Assembly: GCA_964583095.1 (NCBI GenBank)
Contig: CAZOVB010000003.1
Span: 562-64,561 of the forward strand
Length of the DNA: 64,000 bases
Direction of reading: 5' to 3'
DNA from: an uncultured Planctomycetaceae bacterium
GTDB lineage: Bacteria; Planctomycetota; Phycisphaerae; SM23-33
Part shown: positions 1-8,312 of the stretch, piece after piece
How the letters are laid out: every line of letters begins with the position of its first letter
Numbering within the stretch: position 1 is the stretch's first letter
The notes under the pieces: generated by a model
What the model was told of the DNA's origin: nothing
The model's database searches: none
What the model saw: the letters and a program-made list of their open reading frames with translations, nothing else
Program-made: the position numbers and the translations under genes

Positions 1-983
<983 letters not shown>

Positions 984-1009
984 AGCCCTTCGGGCGCGGA
1001 GACCCAACC

Positions 1010-1579
1010 GTGAAACACACAATCCTACCGGCACTTGTTCTGGCAGCCCTTACGCTCGGACCGGGATGCAAACAGGACGAAGAACCTCTGTCCTTCAAGG
1101 CCGAGAACGTCGATCGCATCCTGCTCTACGACGTGCGGACCTCCGGACAGGGAGGCTACAACGTCTACGTCGACAAACAGGGACAGGCCTGGGTTCAGGT
1201 GGTCGAGCCGGCAGCGGCCTATTTCGGTGAGAAGCAGTACAGCTTCCGGATCAGCGATGAGCAGCTGGCCGCCCTGATGAACGCGGCCAGTGATCCCGAA
1301 CTGGCCAAGCTCGCCCAGCGCAGGAGCCCTGCCAGGCCCGACGGGAGTACCTCGACGATCGAAATCGCCCTGGATACAGGCGAGACGATCACGATCAGGC
1401 GGAATCCGGAGATCGGCGAGCTTCAGCCCTTCGACGCGACCTATGAGATTCTGCGAAAGGCGGCCGAGGAATCCCCCCGGACCGACCCGATGTACGAAGG
1501 TCGCTTCCGATGGGGTTGGAGGCCTGAAGGATTCGAGATCCCGGCCACTCAGCCGGCCCTGCCGCGTGAGCGACAGTAG
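1010..1579 (+). CDS. hypothetical lipoprotein
   Basis: The N-terminus MKHTILPALVLAALTLGPGC reads as a signal peptide with a lipobox-like Cys. No recognisable catalytic motif is present. Confidence 0.5.
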   Translation: MKHTILPALVLAALTLGPGCKQDEEPLSFKAENVDRILLYDVRTSGQGGYNVYVDKQGQAWVQVVEPAAAYFGEKQYSFRISDEQLAALMNAASDPELAKLAQRRSPARPDGSTSTIEIALDTGETITIRRNPEIGELQPFDATYEILRKAAEESPRTDPMYEGRFRWGWRPEGFEIPATQPALPRERQ

Positions 1580-1598
1580 TCCCGGAACTACCGATCAG

Positions 1599-2102
1599 AC
1601 CCACCGGGCACGCGCTGCCCGGTGGGTTCTGACGGCCCTGCTGGGGGCGATCCTGCTCAATGCTCCCGTCTATCTCTGGACGGTGCATCGACAGGGCGGC
1701 GTGGCCCTGGGGACCCTCCCAGAGCCAGGCCGCTATTACCTGGTCGAAAACCGCCTGATCCGGATGCAGCCCCAACCGGACCCCAAAGACCCAAAACACG
1801 GCACGAGCGTCGACAGGCAGACCTGGATCTTCAACCTGTACTACACCCTGGCCTCGCGGCTCTCTTTCGTTCTGGGCCTCGGGTGTTTCCTGGTGCTCCT
1901 GGCCGAGGCGCTCTATCGTCAGTACTTCCGCAGGGGGCGGGAAGGGGCCACCGGACAACCGGGCGATTCAGCCAAGTGGTTCGCCCTGAGCGTCCTGGTC
2001 TCCTTCTTCGCCCTGGTCGCCTGGGAAGTCGGAGGACAGGCCGTCAAAGACTTCCATATGTCCCATCTGCGCTACAGCCTGATTCAAAAAGGAAACCTCT
2101 AG
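1599..2102 (+). CDS. hypothetical small membrane protein; the start codon is unresolved
   Basis: Hydrophobic helices RWVLTALLGAILLNAPVYLW and LASRLSFVLGLGCFLVLLAEALY, with a further segment FALSVLVSFFALVAW. No in-frame ATG/GTG/TTG lies between the upstream stop at 1579 and the GTG at 1683. Confidence 0.35.
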   Translation, partial: THRARAARWVLTALLGAILLNAPVYLWTVHRQGGVALGTLPEPGRYYLVENRLIRMQPQPDPKDPKHGTSVDRQTWIFNLYYTLASRLSFVLGLGCFLVLLAEALYRQYFRRGREGATGQPGDSAKWFALSVLVSFFALVAWEVGGQAVKDFHMSHLRYSLIQKGNL

Positions 2103-2103
2103 C

Positions 2104-3594
2104 ATGCCTTCCATACAAGAAATCGAATCCGCCACCGATCTATGCCTCTACCCCAAGAGCTTTTACCAGACCCAGGGACTGACCCTCTTCCTGGCCAGAC
2201 GGGGATCGGAAACCTTCGTCGGCTTCCTGGGCAAAAGCCCCCTGCCCGGCGAGTCGGCCGGGAGCGTCGCCGGCCAGGATGTCACGCTCTGCCACCCCCG
2301 CACAGAACTGGCCGAGAAGATCCGCGAGCTTCTGCCCTGGACAGCCCCCCGCTGCATGGGACTGGCCACCAGCGCCGGGCTCGGAGACCGCCTGGGCCTG
2401 GCCACGCCGGGCCATATCCGCGCGATCCGCAGCACCTCCGTCAAGCCCTACCTGGCCCAGCAGTCCATCCGCGAGATGACCCGCACCTCCCGAACGCCCC
2501 AGCAGGTCATGGACTGCGCGACCTTCGGCGTCCTGCAGGAAGGGTTCGAAGAGGGCTTCGGCTCCGACGCCGATCACCTCCAGCAGCCCGAGGATATCGA
2601 CGCCACCGCATCTGTGGGCTTTACCATGTTCACCATCGACCCGGGACTCCACGTGGTCAACCAGGCCGACGAAGCCACCGCCCAAGAGCTGGGCAAAGCC
2701 TATTCGGCGATGGACAAAACCTTCGAGACGCTCGAAATCCGCCCCGACGAGCTCCAGGGGGCCTACGTGGACAAGACCTTCCCGCTGGAAGAGGGCAGCG
2801 AGATCCGCTTCTCGACCGAAACCTTCCTGCGGGCGGCGGTGAAGTACGGCAGCGCCGTGGCCCACACCGTCAACATGTTCCGCCACCTGAGCGACACGGC
2901 CCCGGGGCGGTTCGAACTGGAGGTCTCGGTGGATGAGACCGAGGCCCCGACCAGCCCGGCCGAGCATTACTTCTTCGCAAACGAACTCAAACGCCTCGGC
3001 GTAAAGTGGATCTCGATGGCCCCGCGTTTCGTGGGCCGATTCGAAAAAGGCGTCGACTACATCGGCGACCTCGACGCGTTCCGCAAGAGCTTTTCCCGTC
3101 ACGTGGCGGTCATGCGGACGCTGGGGCCCTACAAGATGTCCATCCACTCCGGCAGCGACAAGTTCAGCATCTATCCGATCGTGGTCGAAGAAGCCGGCGG
3201 ACTGGTGCATCTCAAGACCGCCGGCACGAGCTATCTCGAAGCCCTTCGGGCCATTGCGAAAATTCAGCCCGAGCTCTACCGGGAGATCCTGGATTTCGCC
3301 CGCGACCGCTACGAGACCGACAAGGCGACGTATCACGTCTCGGCCGACGTCTCGAAAGTTCCGCCCGCCTCGGATCTTGGCGACGAGCAGTTGCCCGCCC
3401 TGCTGGATGATTTCGATGCCCGCCAGGTCTTCCACGTGACGTTCGGCTCGGTTCTGACCGCCGGGCAGGGCGAGCAATTTCGCCCCCGGATCTACGAGGC
3501 ACTGGAATCCCATCAGCAGCAGCATTACGATTTCCTCCAAAAGCATCTGGGTCGCCATGTAGACCCTCTCGCCTCGGGCACCAGCCCGGGCTGA
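2104..3594 (+). CDS. probable tagaturonate/fructuronate epimerase-like protein (UxaE family), a sugar-acid TIM-barrel enzyme
   Basis: A 496-aa ORF with clean codon usage, followed by an SDR gene. Motifs such as HLKTAGTSYLEALRAI and SIHSGSDKFSIYP resemble UxaE-type epimerases. This is from memory and needs an HMM check. Confidence 0.35.
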   Translation: MPSIQEIESATDLCLYPKSFYQTQGLTLFLARRGSETFVGFLGKSPLPGESAGSVAGQDVTLCHPRTELAEKIRELLPWTAPRCMGLATSAGLGDRLGLATPGHIRAIRSTSVKPYLAQQSIREMTRTSRTPQQVMDCATFGVLQEGFEEGFGSDADHLQQPEDIDATASVGFTMFTIDPGLHVVNQADEATAQELGKAYSAMDKTFETLEIRPDELQGAYVDKTFPLEEGSEIRFSTETFLRAAVKYGSAVAHTVNMFRHLSDTAPGRFELEVSVDETEAPTSPAEHYFFANELKRLGVKWISMAPRFVGRFEKGVDYIGDLDAFRKSFSRHVAVMRTLGPYKMSIHSGSDKFSIYPIVVEEAGGLVHLKTAGTSYLEALRAIAKIQPELYREILDFARDRYETDKATYHVSADVSKVPPASDLGDEQLPALLDDFDARQVFHVTFGSVLTAGQGEQFRPRIYEALESHQQQHYDFLQKHLGRHVDPLASGTSPG

Positions 3595-3693
3595 GGCCCA
3601 GGCGACAGGCTGGCCCGAAATCGGGCTTGTTCGTCGACTCGATGCAACATCCACACCACCACCAGGCAGCACCAGCCATGGAAAGGAACCATT

Positions 3694-4512
3694 GTGACTG
3701 ACAATCTCTTCAGCGTGCAGGGCAAGCGAATTGCCATAACCGGCGGGGCCGGCGTACTTTGCGGTGAAATGGCCAAGGCCCTGGCCCAGCGCGGCGCTCG
3801 CGTGGCCCTGCTGGACTTCAACTACGAGGGCGCTCAGGAACTGGCTGAGAAAATCGTCTCCGACGGCGGCGAGGCCGTCGCGGTCAAGGTCAACGTGCTG
3901 GAAAAGGACGAGATCCAGGCCGCCTATGACCAGACCGTCGACGCCCTGGGCGGGGTGGACGTGCTCATCAACGGCGCCGGCGGAAACAAGAAGGAAGCCA
4001 CCTGCACCCCGCCAACGACCTTTTTTGAGCTGGATGCCGACGCGATTCGTTGGGTCTTCGACCTCAACTGCCTCGGAACCATGCTCCCCTGCCAGATTTT
4101 CGGCAAGGCGATGGCCGAAAACGGGGCCGGCACGATCATCAACGTCAGCTCCATGAATGCCTTCCGTCCGTTGACGCGGATCGCCGCCTATTCCGGGGCC
4201 AAGGCGGCCATCAGCAACTTCACCCAGTGGCTGGCGGTGTACATGGCCCAGAATCACTCGGTAGACCTTCGGGTTAATGCCATTGCGCCCGGTTTTTTCC
4301 TTACGGAGCAGAATCGTTTCCTCCTGACGGACGAAAATGGTAATCTGACACCCCGAGGCCGGCAGATCGTGGATCACACCCCGGCTGGACGCTTCGGCAA
4401 ACCCGAGGAATTGATCGGCACGCTGGTCTGGTTGATCAGCGACGCGGCAAAATTTGTGACCGGAACCGTCATTCCTGTCGACGGAGGATTCAATGCCTAC
4501 TCGGGTGTCTGA
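3694..4512 (+). CDS. short-chain dehydrogenase/reductase, UxuB-like (fructuronate/mannonate oxidoreductase type)
   Basis: Rossmann motif ITGGAGVLCG and an NAG motif (LINGAGGN). The S-Y-K catalytic residues are present (SSMN...YSGAKAA). It sits adjacent to the UxaE-like gene. Confidence 0.7.
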   Translation: MTDNLFSVQGKRIAITGGAGVLCGEMAKALAQRGARVALLDFNYEGAQELAEKIVSDGGEAVAVKVNVLEKDEIQAAYDQTVDALGGVDVLINGAGGNKKEATCTPPTTFFELDADAIRWVFDLNCLGTMLPCQIFGKAMAENGAGTIINVSSMNAFRPLTRIAAYSGAKAAISNFTQWLAVYMAQNHSVDLRVNAIAPGFFLTEQNRFLLTDENGNLTPRGRQIVDHTPAGRFGKPEELIGTLVWLISDAAKFVTGTVIPVDGGFNAYSGV

Positions 4513-4528
4513 CGATATGTAGTACGAC

Positions 4529-5680
4529 ATGAGAAGATATCGCCCCCCGCGGAACAAACCCGATCGCTCCGAAGCTGCTTTTCCCGGCGTCCTGCTGCGC
4601 CTGGCAGCGATGCTGTTCGTCTCCGGGCTCGCACTGGCTGGCTGCAACTCGTCAGCTACACTGGGAAAGATCACCCAGCCGGGTCCGTCGCCGGTCCAGA
4701 CCAACAGCGACCTGCCAGACTGGCACCGCAGCGAACTTCTGTACCTCTCGGCCGACGGGGCGGAAAGAGTATACGTGCAGATGGACTGCGTGGCGGGCGC
4801 CTGTCCCACACGCGCCGAACGCGACGCCATGGAGACCTTCCTGCGAAGACATCTGCCCGTCGAGAAGCGGATCCTCTTCGACCACAAACCGGCCATCGAC
4901 CGCCGCATGGCCACCGGACGCGACGAGATCCAATTGGCCCTGCACCGGATGAAGATGCCCTCTCATCTGGATGACGGGAAGACCGCGTACATCTATCTCC
5001 TGTTCTACGATTCGGCCCTTACAGGCGATCAGAGCATCGAGGCCGACCCGCCCCGGCGCCCCTACGTGCGGGTGGATTATCCCAGCGCGGTGTTCGTGGA
5101 CATGGCCTACTGGACCCAGCGGAACCGCGCGGTGCTGGCTTCTGCCCTGAAGCACGAGCTGGGTCACGTCCTGGGGCTGACCAAGAACGACGACCACGGC
5201 GACGGTTCGCACTGCAAGCACCCGCTGTGCATCTCGTATCCCTATCTGCGGGTGCCCGAGGAGGGCAAGCGGCCCATCCAGCAGGGACTCTGCCGAGACT
5301 GCCTGGCCGACCTGCAAGACTACCGCAATCGCCCCGCCCCGCCGGAGCTTTCCTTCCAAGGCCCCGTCCTGGTCCGCAAAGCCCGCGGGTACCGCGTGGC
5401 CTCCCTGCCCGGATATACGCGAATGCTCATCGATGCCGACAAATCCCAGCCCGATTGCCGCGAGGTGGCCATCGAGGCACGCCGGTTCGCCGCGACCCGG
5501 TCCGGCCTGGCCGACAAGTGTCACTGCTCCCTGGATACCGGCAAGCTTTCCCTGCGCGACGAAAACCAGAAGCAGAAGATGCTCTGGGCCCTGCTGGAAG
5601 CACGACGCGACCCCGACGCCACCATCGCCGACCTGGCCCGAAAGCTCTACAGCAAGCTGCTCCAAGCCTCGGAGAGATAG
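4529..5680 (+). CDS. putative Zn-metallopeptidase lipoprotein, archaemetzincin-like (M54-like)
   Basis: Lipoprotein signal ...LFVSGLALAGC. The motif HELGHVLGL...CKHPLC...CRDC fits the pattern HExxHxxG...Cx4C...CxxC. Confidence 0.45.
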   Translation: MRRYRPPRNKPDRSEAAFPGVLLRLAAMLFVSGLALAGCNSSATLGKITQPGPSPVQTNSDLPDWHRSELLYLSADGAERVYVQMDCVAGACPTRAERDAMETFLRRHLPVEKRILFDHKPAIDRRMATGRDEIQLALHRMKMPSHLDDGKTAYIYLLFYDSALTGDQSIEADPPRRPYVRVDYPSAVFVDMAYWTQRNRAVLASALKHELGHVLGLTKNDDHGDGSHCKHPLCISYPYLRVPEEGKRPIQQGLCRDCLADLQDYRNRPAPPELSFQGPVLVRKARGYRVASLPGYTRMLIDADKSQPDCREVAIEARRFAATRSGLADKCHCSLDTGKLSLRDENQKQKMLWALLEARRDPDATIADLARKLYSKLLQASER

Positions 5681-5746
5681 AGCGAAGCAGAGGCCGGGCC
5701 ACAGGCCTCGCTCCCGCGCCGGCTTGGCAGAATTGCTGCGCCATTC

Positions 5747-6559
5747 TCAGGCGGCGCTTCGCGACCTGCCTCTTATCGTCACGACAACCGCAGCCAGGAT
5801 CGCCAGGAGCACCACCGCCCCGGCCCCGATTATCCAGGGCCAGACGCCCCAGCGGTCTTCTGCCGGCCAGGCCCGCATGTCCGCTCGCAGGATCCCTGCG
5901 ATCCGATTGGCCTCTTCCTCGCTGAAGTTCCCTGTGATCAGACCTCTTCGCGCCAGCCGGTCTTGAACCATCGGGGCCGAGTACACCCTGCCATCCAGGA
6001 CAATCGCAAGATTCCGCTCGATGTTCTCCCCGGTCAACTCTCCAAGGAGTTCCCCGCCCTTCGAATCCAGGACGAACTCGACGGCCGGGGCCCCAAACCG
6101 ATCAAAGGTCAAACTTGCCTCGATAACGGCCCAGTTCTTTTCCGGATCTTCGGAGTGCACCATCACAAGCGAAGGTCTGTCTGCCAGGAGAACATATCCC
6201 CTGTCGCCGGGTCCCTTTGCGACAATCAACCGGGAATCGCGGAACTCCTCCATTACTCCGCGAAGGGGGAACCACCGAAACCTGCCGTGCTCCCGCGAGG
6301 CCATCTTCCCTTCCTCCTGAAGCACCCGGACAAAGCCATCCCTCTGCTGGGGACTGATCAGCGGCTCGGGTCCCAAGTCCTCGACCATCTCGGGCATCCG
6401 CGGAGCCACGCGCAACTGCAGCCCGCCTCGCTGGCCCAACTGCCGCTTGGCCTCCGGAGGCTCTCGATCCGCCTCCTGGGCCCAGCCGTGAGAGCAAAGG
6501 CACAGACCGATCAAACCGATCAGCCACAGGGCGGGATTAGCAGCAAATGCCTTCATCAA
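5747..6559 (-). CDS. exported protein with a SecD-head-like domain and a C-terminal transmembrane anchor
   Basis: Signal peptide MMKAFAANPALWLIGLIGLCLCSHGWAQ. The segment AIVLDGRVYSAPMVQDRLARRGLITGNFSEEEANRIAGILRA resembles the SecD periplasmic P1 head (…ISGNFT.EEA.DLA.LLRAGALP). A C-terminal TM helix WIIGAGAVVLLAILAAVVV is present. Confidence 0.45.
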   Translation of the reverse strand: MMKAFAANPALWLIGLIGLCLCSHGWAQEADREPPEAKRQLGQRGGLQLRVAPRMPEMVEDLGPEPLISPQQRDGFVRVLQEEGKMASREHGRFRWFPLRGVMEEFRDSRLIVAKGPGDRGYVLLADRPSLVMVHSEDPEKNWAVIEASLTFDRFGAPAVEFVLDSKGGELLGELTGENIERNLAIVLDGRVYSAPMVQDRLARRGLITGNFSEEEANRIAGILRADMRAWPAEDRWGVWPWIIGAGAVVLLAILAAVVVTIRGRSRSAA

Positions 6560-6863
6560 ACCACCTCCTGAGGGGAAAATCCTTCCCCGTCCGCTGGACG
6601 TTGAACACCCAAGCCCGAATCGGGTCCGAGCACAACCCTTTGTCGCAAATCAGTATACCACCCGGGGCCTCGTTCTCAACCCGCAGGAGAATGAAACCAG
6701 GGGGTGGCTTTTTGCAGGCGAGACGGTTTTTCTTCTCCCGTCTCATCTTCCTCTCATCGACCGTTTCGTAGGATAGGGGCGTAATGGGCGAACGGTTCCC
6801 GCCCATTGACCTGGCCACACCGGCCGATTCGAAGTGGAACCAGACTGCAACTGGGAGAAAATC

Positions 6864-7541
6864 ATGAAGGCAAAATCGAAACTGGCATTGATTCTGGCAC
6901 TCACAGCCATCCTGGGGCTCTCCGGGGCCCTGATGGCCGATGACGAAGACGACCGGACGGAAGGACCCAGAAGGCGCTACCCCGGCTGGCAGCAAGGCCG
7001 CCAGGGCCAGCAGCAGCGCTCCGGTGAGCGCGGGCCCGGAATGCGACGCGACCGTGAGCGGGACGATGACGATCAGCGCGACGGCGACCGCCGCCAGGGC
7101 CCCCGGATGCGAAGACCCGGCATGGGCATGGAAATGGGACGCCAGGGGACGACGATCATCGAAGTCAACGGCCAGCGCTTCCTGATCCGCATCATCCCCC
7201 TGCCCTCCCGTGAAGGCGACCAAGGCGAGCGAGGCAGAGGCCGAGGCATGCGCGACAGCGACCAAGGCCGCCGCCCCGGGCAACGTTTCCGCGACCGCGA
7301 CGATGACGAAGATGACGACCGGCGTCCGGGACGACGCTTCCGCGACCGGGACGATGACGAAGACGGCGAGGCTGTCCGCAGGCGACCTTCCCGACGTTTC
7401 CGCGACCGCGACAACGACGAGGATGAAGACGACCGCCGCCCCCGCCGCATGCGCGATGACCGCCAAGGCCGCGACGGGCCTCCCCCCTGGGCCCGGCGTG
7501 CCCATCGCCGCGACCGCGACGAGGAAGAAGAAGACGACTGA
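6864..7541 (+). CDS. secreted Arg/Asp-rich tandem-repeat protein (polyampholyte), upstream of a CusRS-like two-component system
   Basis: The RBS GGGAGA precedes the ATG at 6864. Signal peptide MKAKSKLALILALTAILGLSGALMA. Three tandem repeats of about 17-19 aa (RRPGxRFRDRDDDEDxD) follow. The gene is co-directional with the downstream response regulator and kinase. Confidence 0.6.
   Translation: MKAKSKLALILALTAILGLSGALMADDEDDRTEGPRRRYPGWQQGRQGQQQRSGERGPGMRRDRERDDDDQRDGDRRQGPRMRRPGMGMEMGRQGTTIIEVNGQRFLIRIIPLPSREGDQGERGRGRGMRDSDQGRRPGQRFRDRDDDEDDDRRPGRRFRDRDDDEDGEAVRRRPSRRFRDRDNDEDEDDRRPRRMRDDRQGRDGPPPWARRAHRRDRDEEEEDD
7269..7464 (+). repeat. tandem in-frame nucleotide repeats of about 51-57 nt (x3 or more) inside the RD-rich gene
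   Basis: cgcttccgcgaccg(c/g)gac(g/a)a(t/c)gacga(a/g)ga... recurs three times. The encoded peptide is RRFRDRDDDED each time. Confidence 0.6.
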
Positions 7542-7642
7542 GCCGCTGGACGTTATCATGGACGACCAGGTCGATTCCAATCACCGGCCGCCGGAGACAA
7601 CCGTATGTCTCCGGCGGCCTGTGCAATCTTCAGAGCCAGCCG

Positions 7643-8311
7643 ATGCGTGCACTGCTTGTGGAAGATTATGAGCCGCTTCGCCGGTCCCTCCACCAGGGGA
7701 TCCGCGAGGCGGGCTATGCCATTGACGTTGCCGCCGACGGCGAGGAAGGCTTCTGGTACGCCCGGAACAACCCCTACGACGTCATTGTCCTGGACTTGAT
7801 GCTGCCCAAACTCGACGGCCTGAGCCTTCTGCAGCAACTGCGGGATTCCGGCTCCAAGACGCCGGTGCTCATCCTCACCGCCCGCGACGCGGTGGAGGAT
7901 CGCGTCAAGGGCCTGGACACCGGGGCCGACGACTACCTCACCAAGCCCTTCGCCCTGGAAGAGCTTCTGGCCAGGATGCGGGCACTGGTCCGCCGCAAGT
8001 ACGACAAGTCCCAGACCCTCCTCCAGGTCGGATCGCTCCACCTGGATACCTCTGCCAAACGGGTACATCGCGACGGAGAGGAAATCCAGCTCACCGCCCG
8101 GGAATACTCCCTTCTGGAATACCTGGCCCGGCGGGCGGGGCAGACCGTCAGCCGAACCGAAATCTGGGACCACCTCTACGAATTCGACAGCAGTGCCACC
8201 AGCAATGTGGTCGACGTCTATATCGGCTACCTTCGACGCAAGCTGGACCCTCCCGGGCAGGGGAGCCTGATCCGCACCGTCCGGGGCCAGGGATATCGCC
8301 TGGGAGAATGA
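7643..8311 (+). CDS. OmpR-family response regulator, CusR/CopR-like
   Basis: MRALLVEDYEPLRRSL...DVIVLDLMLPKLDG...KPFALEELLARMRALVRR is a near-canonical receiver domain. A winged-helix C-terminus follows (…VYIGYLRRKLD…IRTVRGQGYRL). Confidence 0.85.
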   Translation: MRALLVEDYEPLRRSLHQGIREAGYAIDVAADGEEGFWYARNNPYDVIVLDLMLPKLDGLSLLQQLRDSGSKTPVLILTARDAVEDRVKGLDTGADDYLTKPFALEELLARMRALVRRKYDKSQTLLQVGSLHLDTSAKRVHRDGEEIQLTAREYSLLEYLARRAGQTVSRTEIWDHLYEFDSSATSNVVDVYIGYLRRKLDPPGQGSLIRTVRGQGYRLGE

Positions 8312-8312
8312 A

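Noticed and set aside
2140-4914. A 924-aa minus-strand ORF spanning the UxaE-like and SDR genes
   Set aside because: Its Arg/Gly/Ala/Pro-rich low-complexity composition is typical of an antisense frame in high-GC DNA. The plus-strand genes carry clear Rossmann and catalytic motifs.
6537-7580. A 347-aa minus-strand ORF opposite the RD-rich repeat gene
   Set aside because: Only the plus strand has the signal peptide, the RBS and co-orientation with the two-component system. The minus-strand product is a poly-Ala/Val mirror of the repeats.
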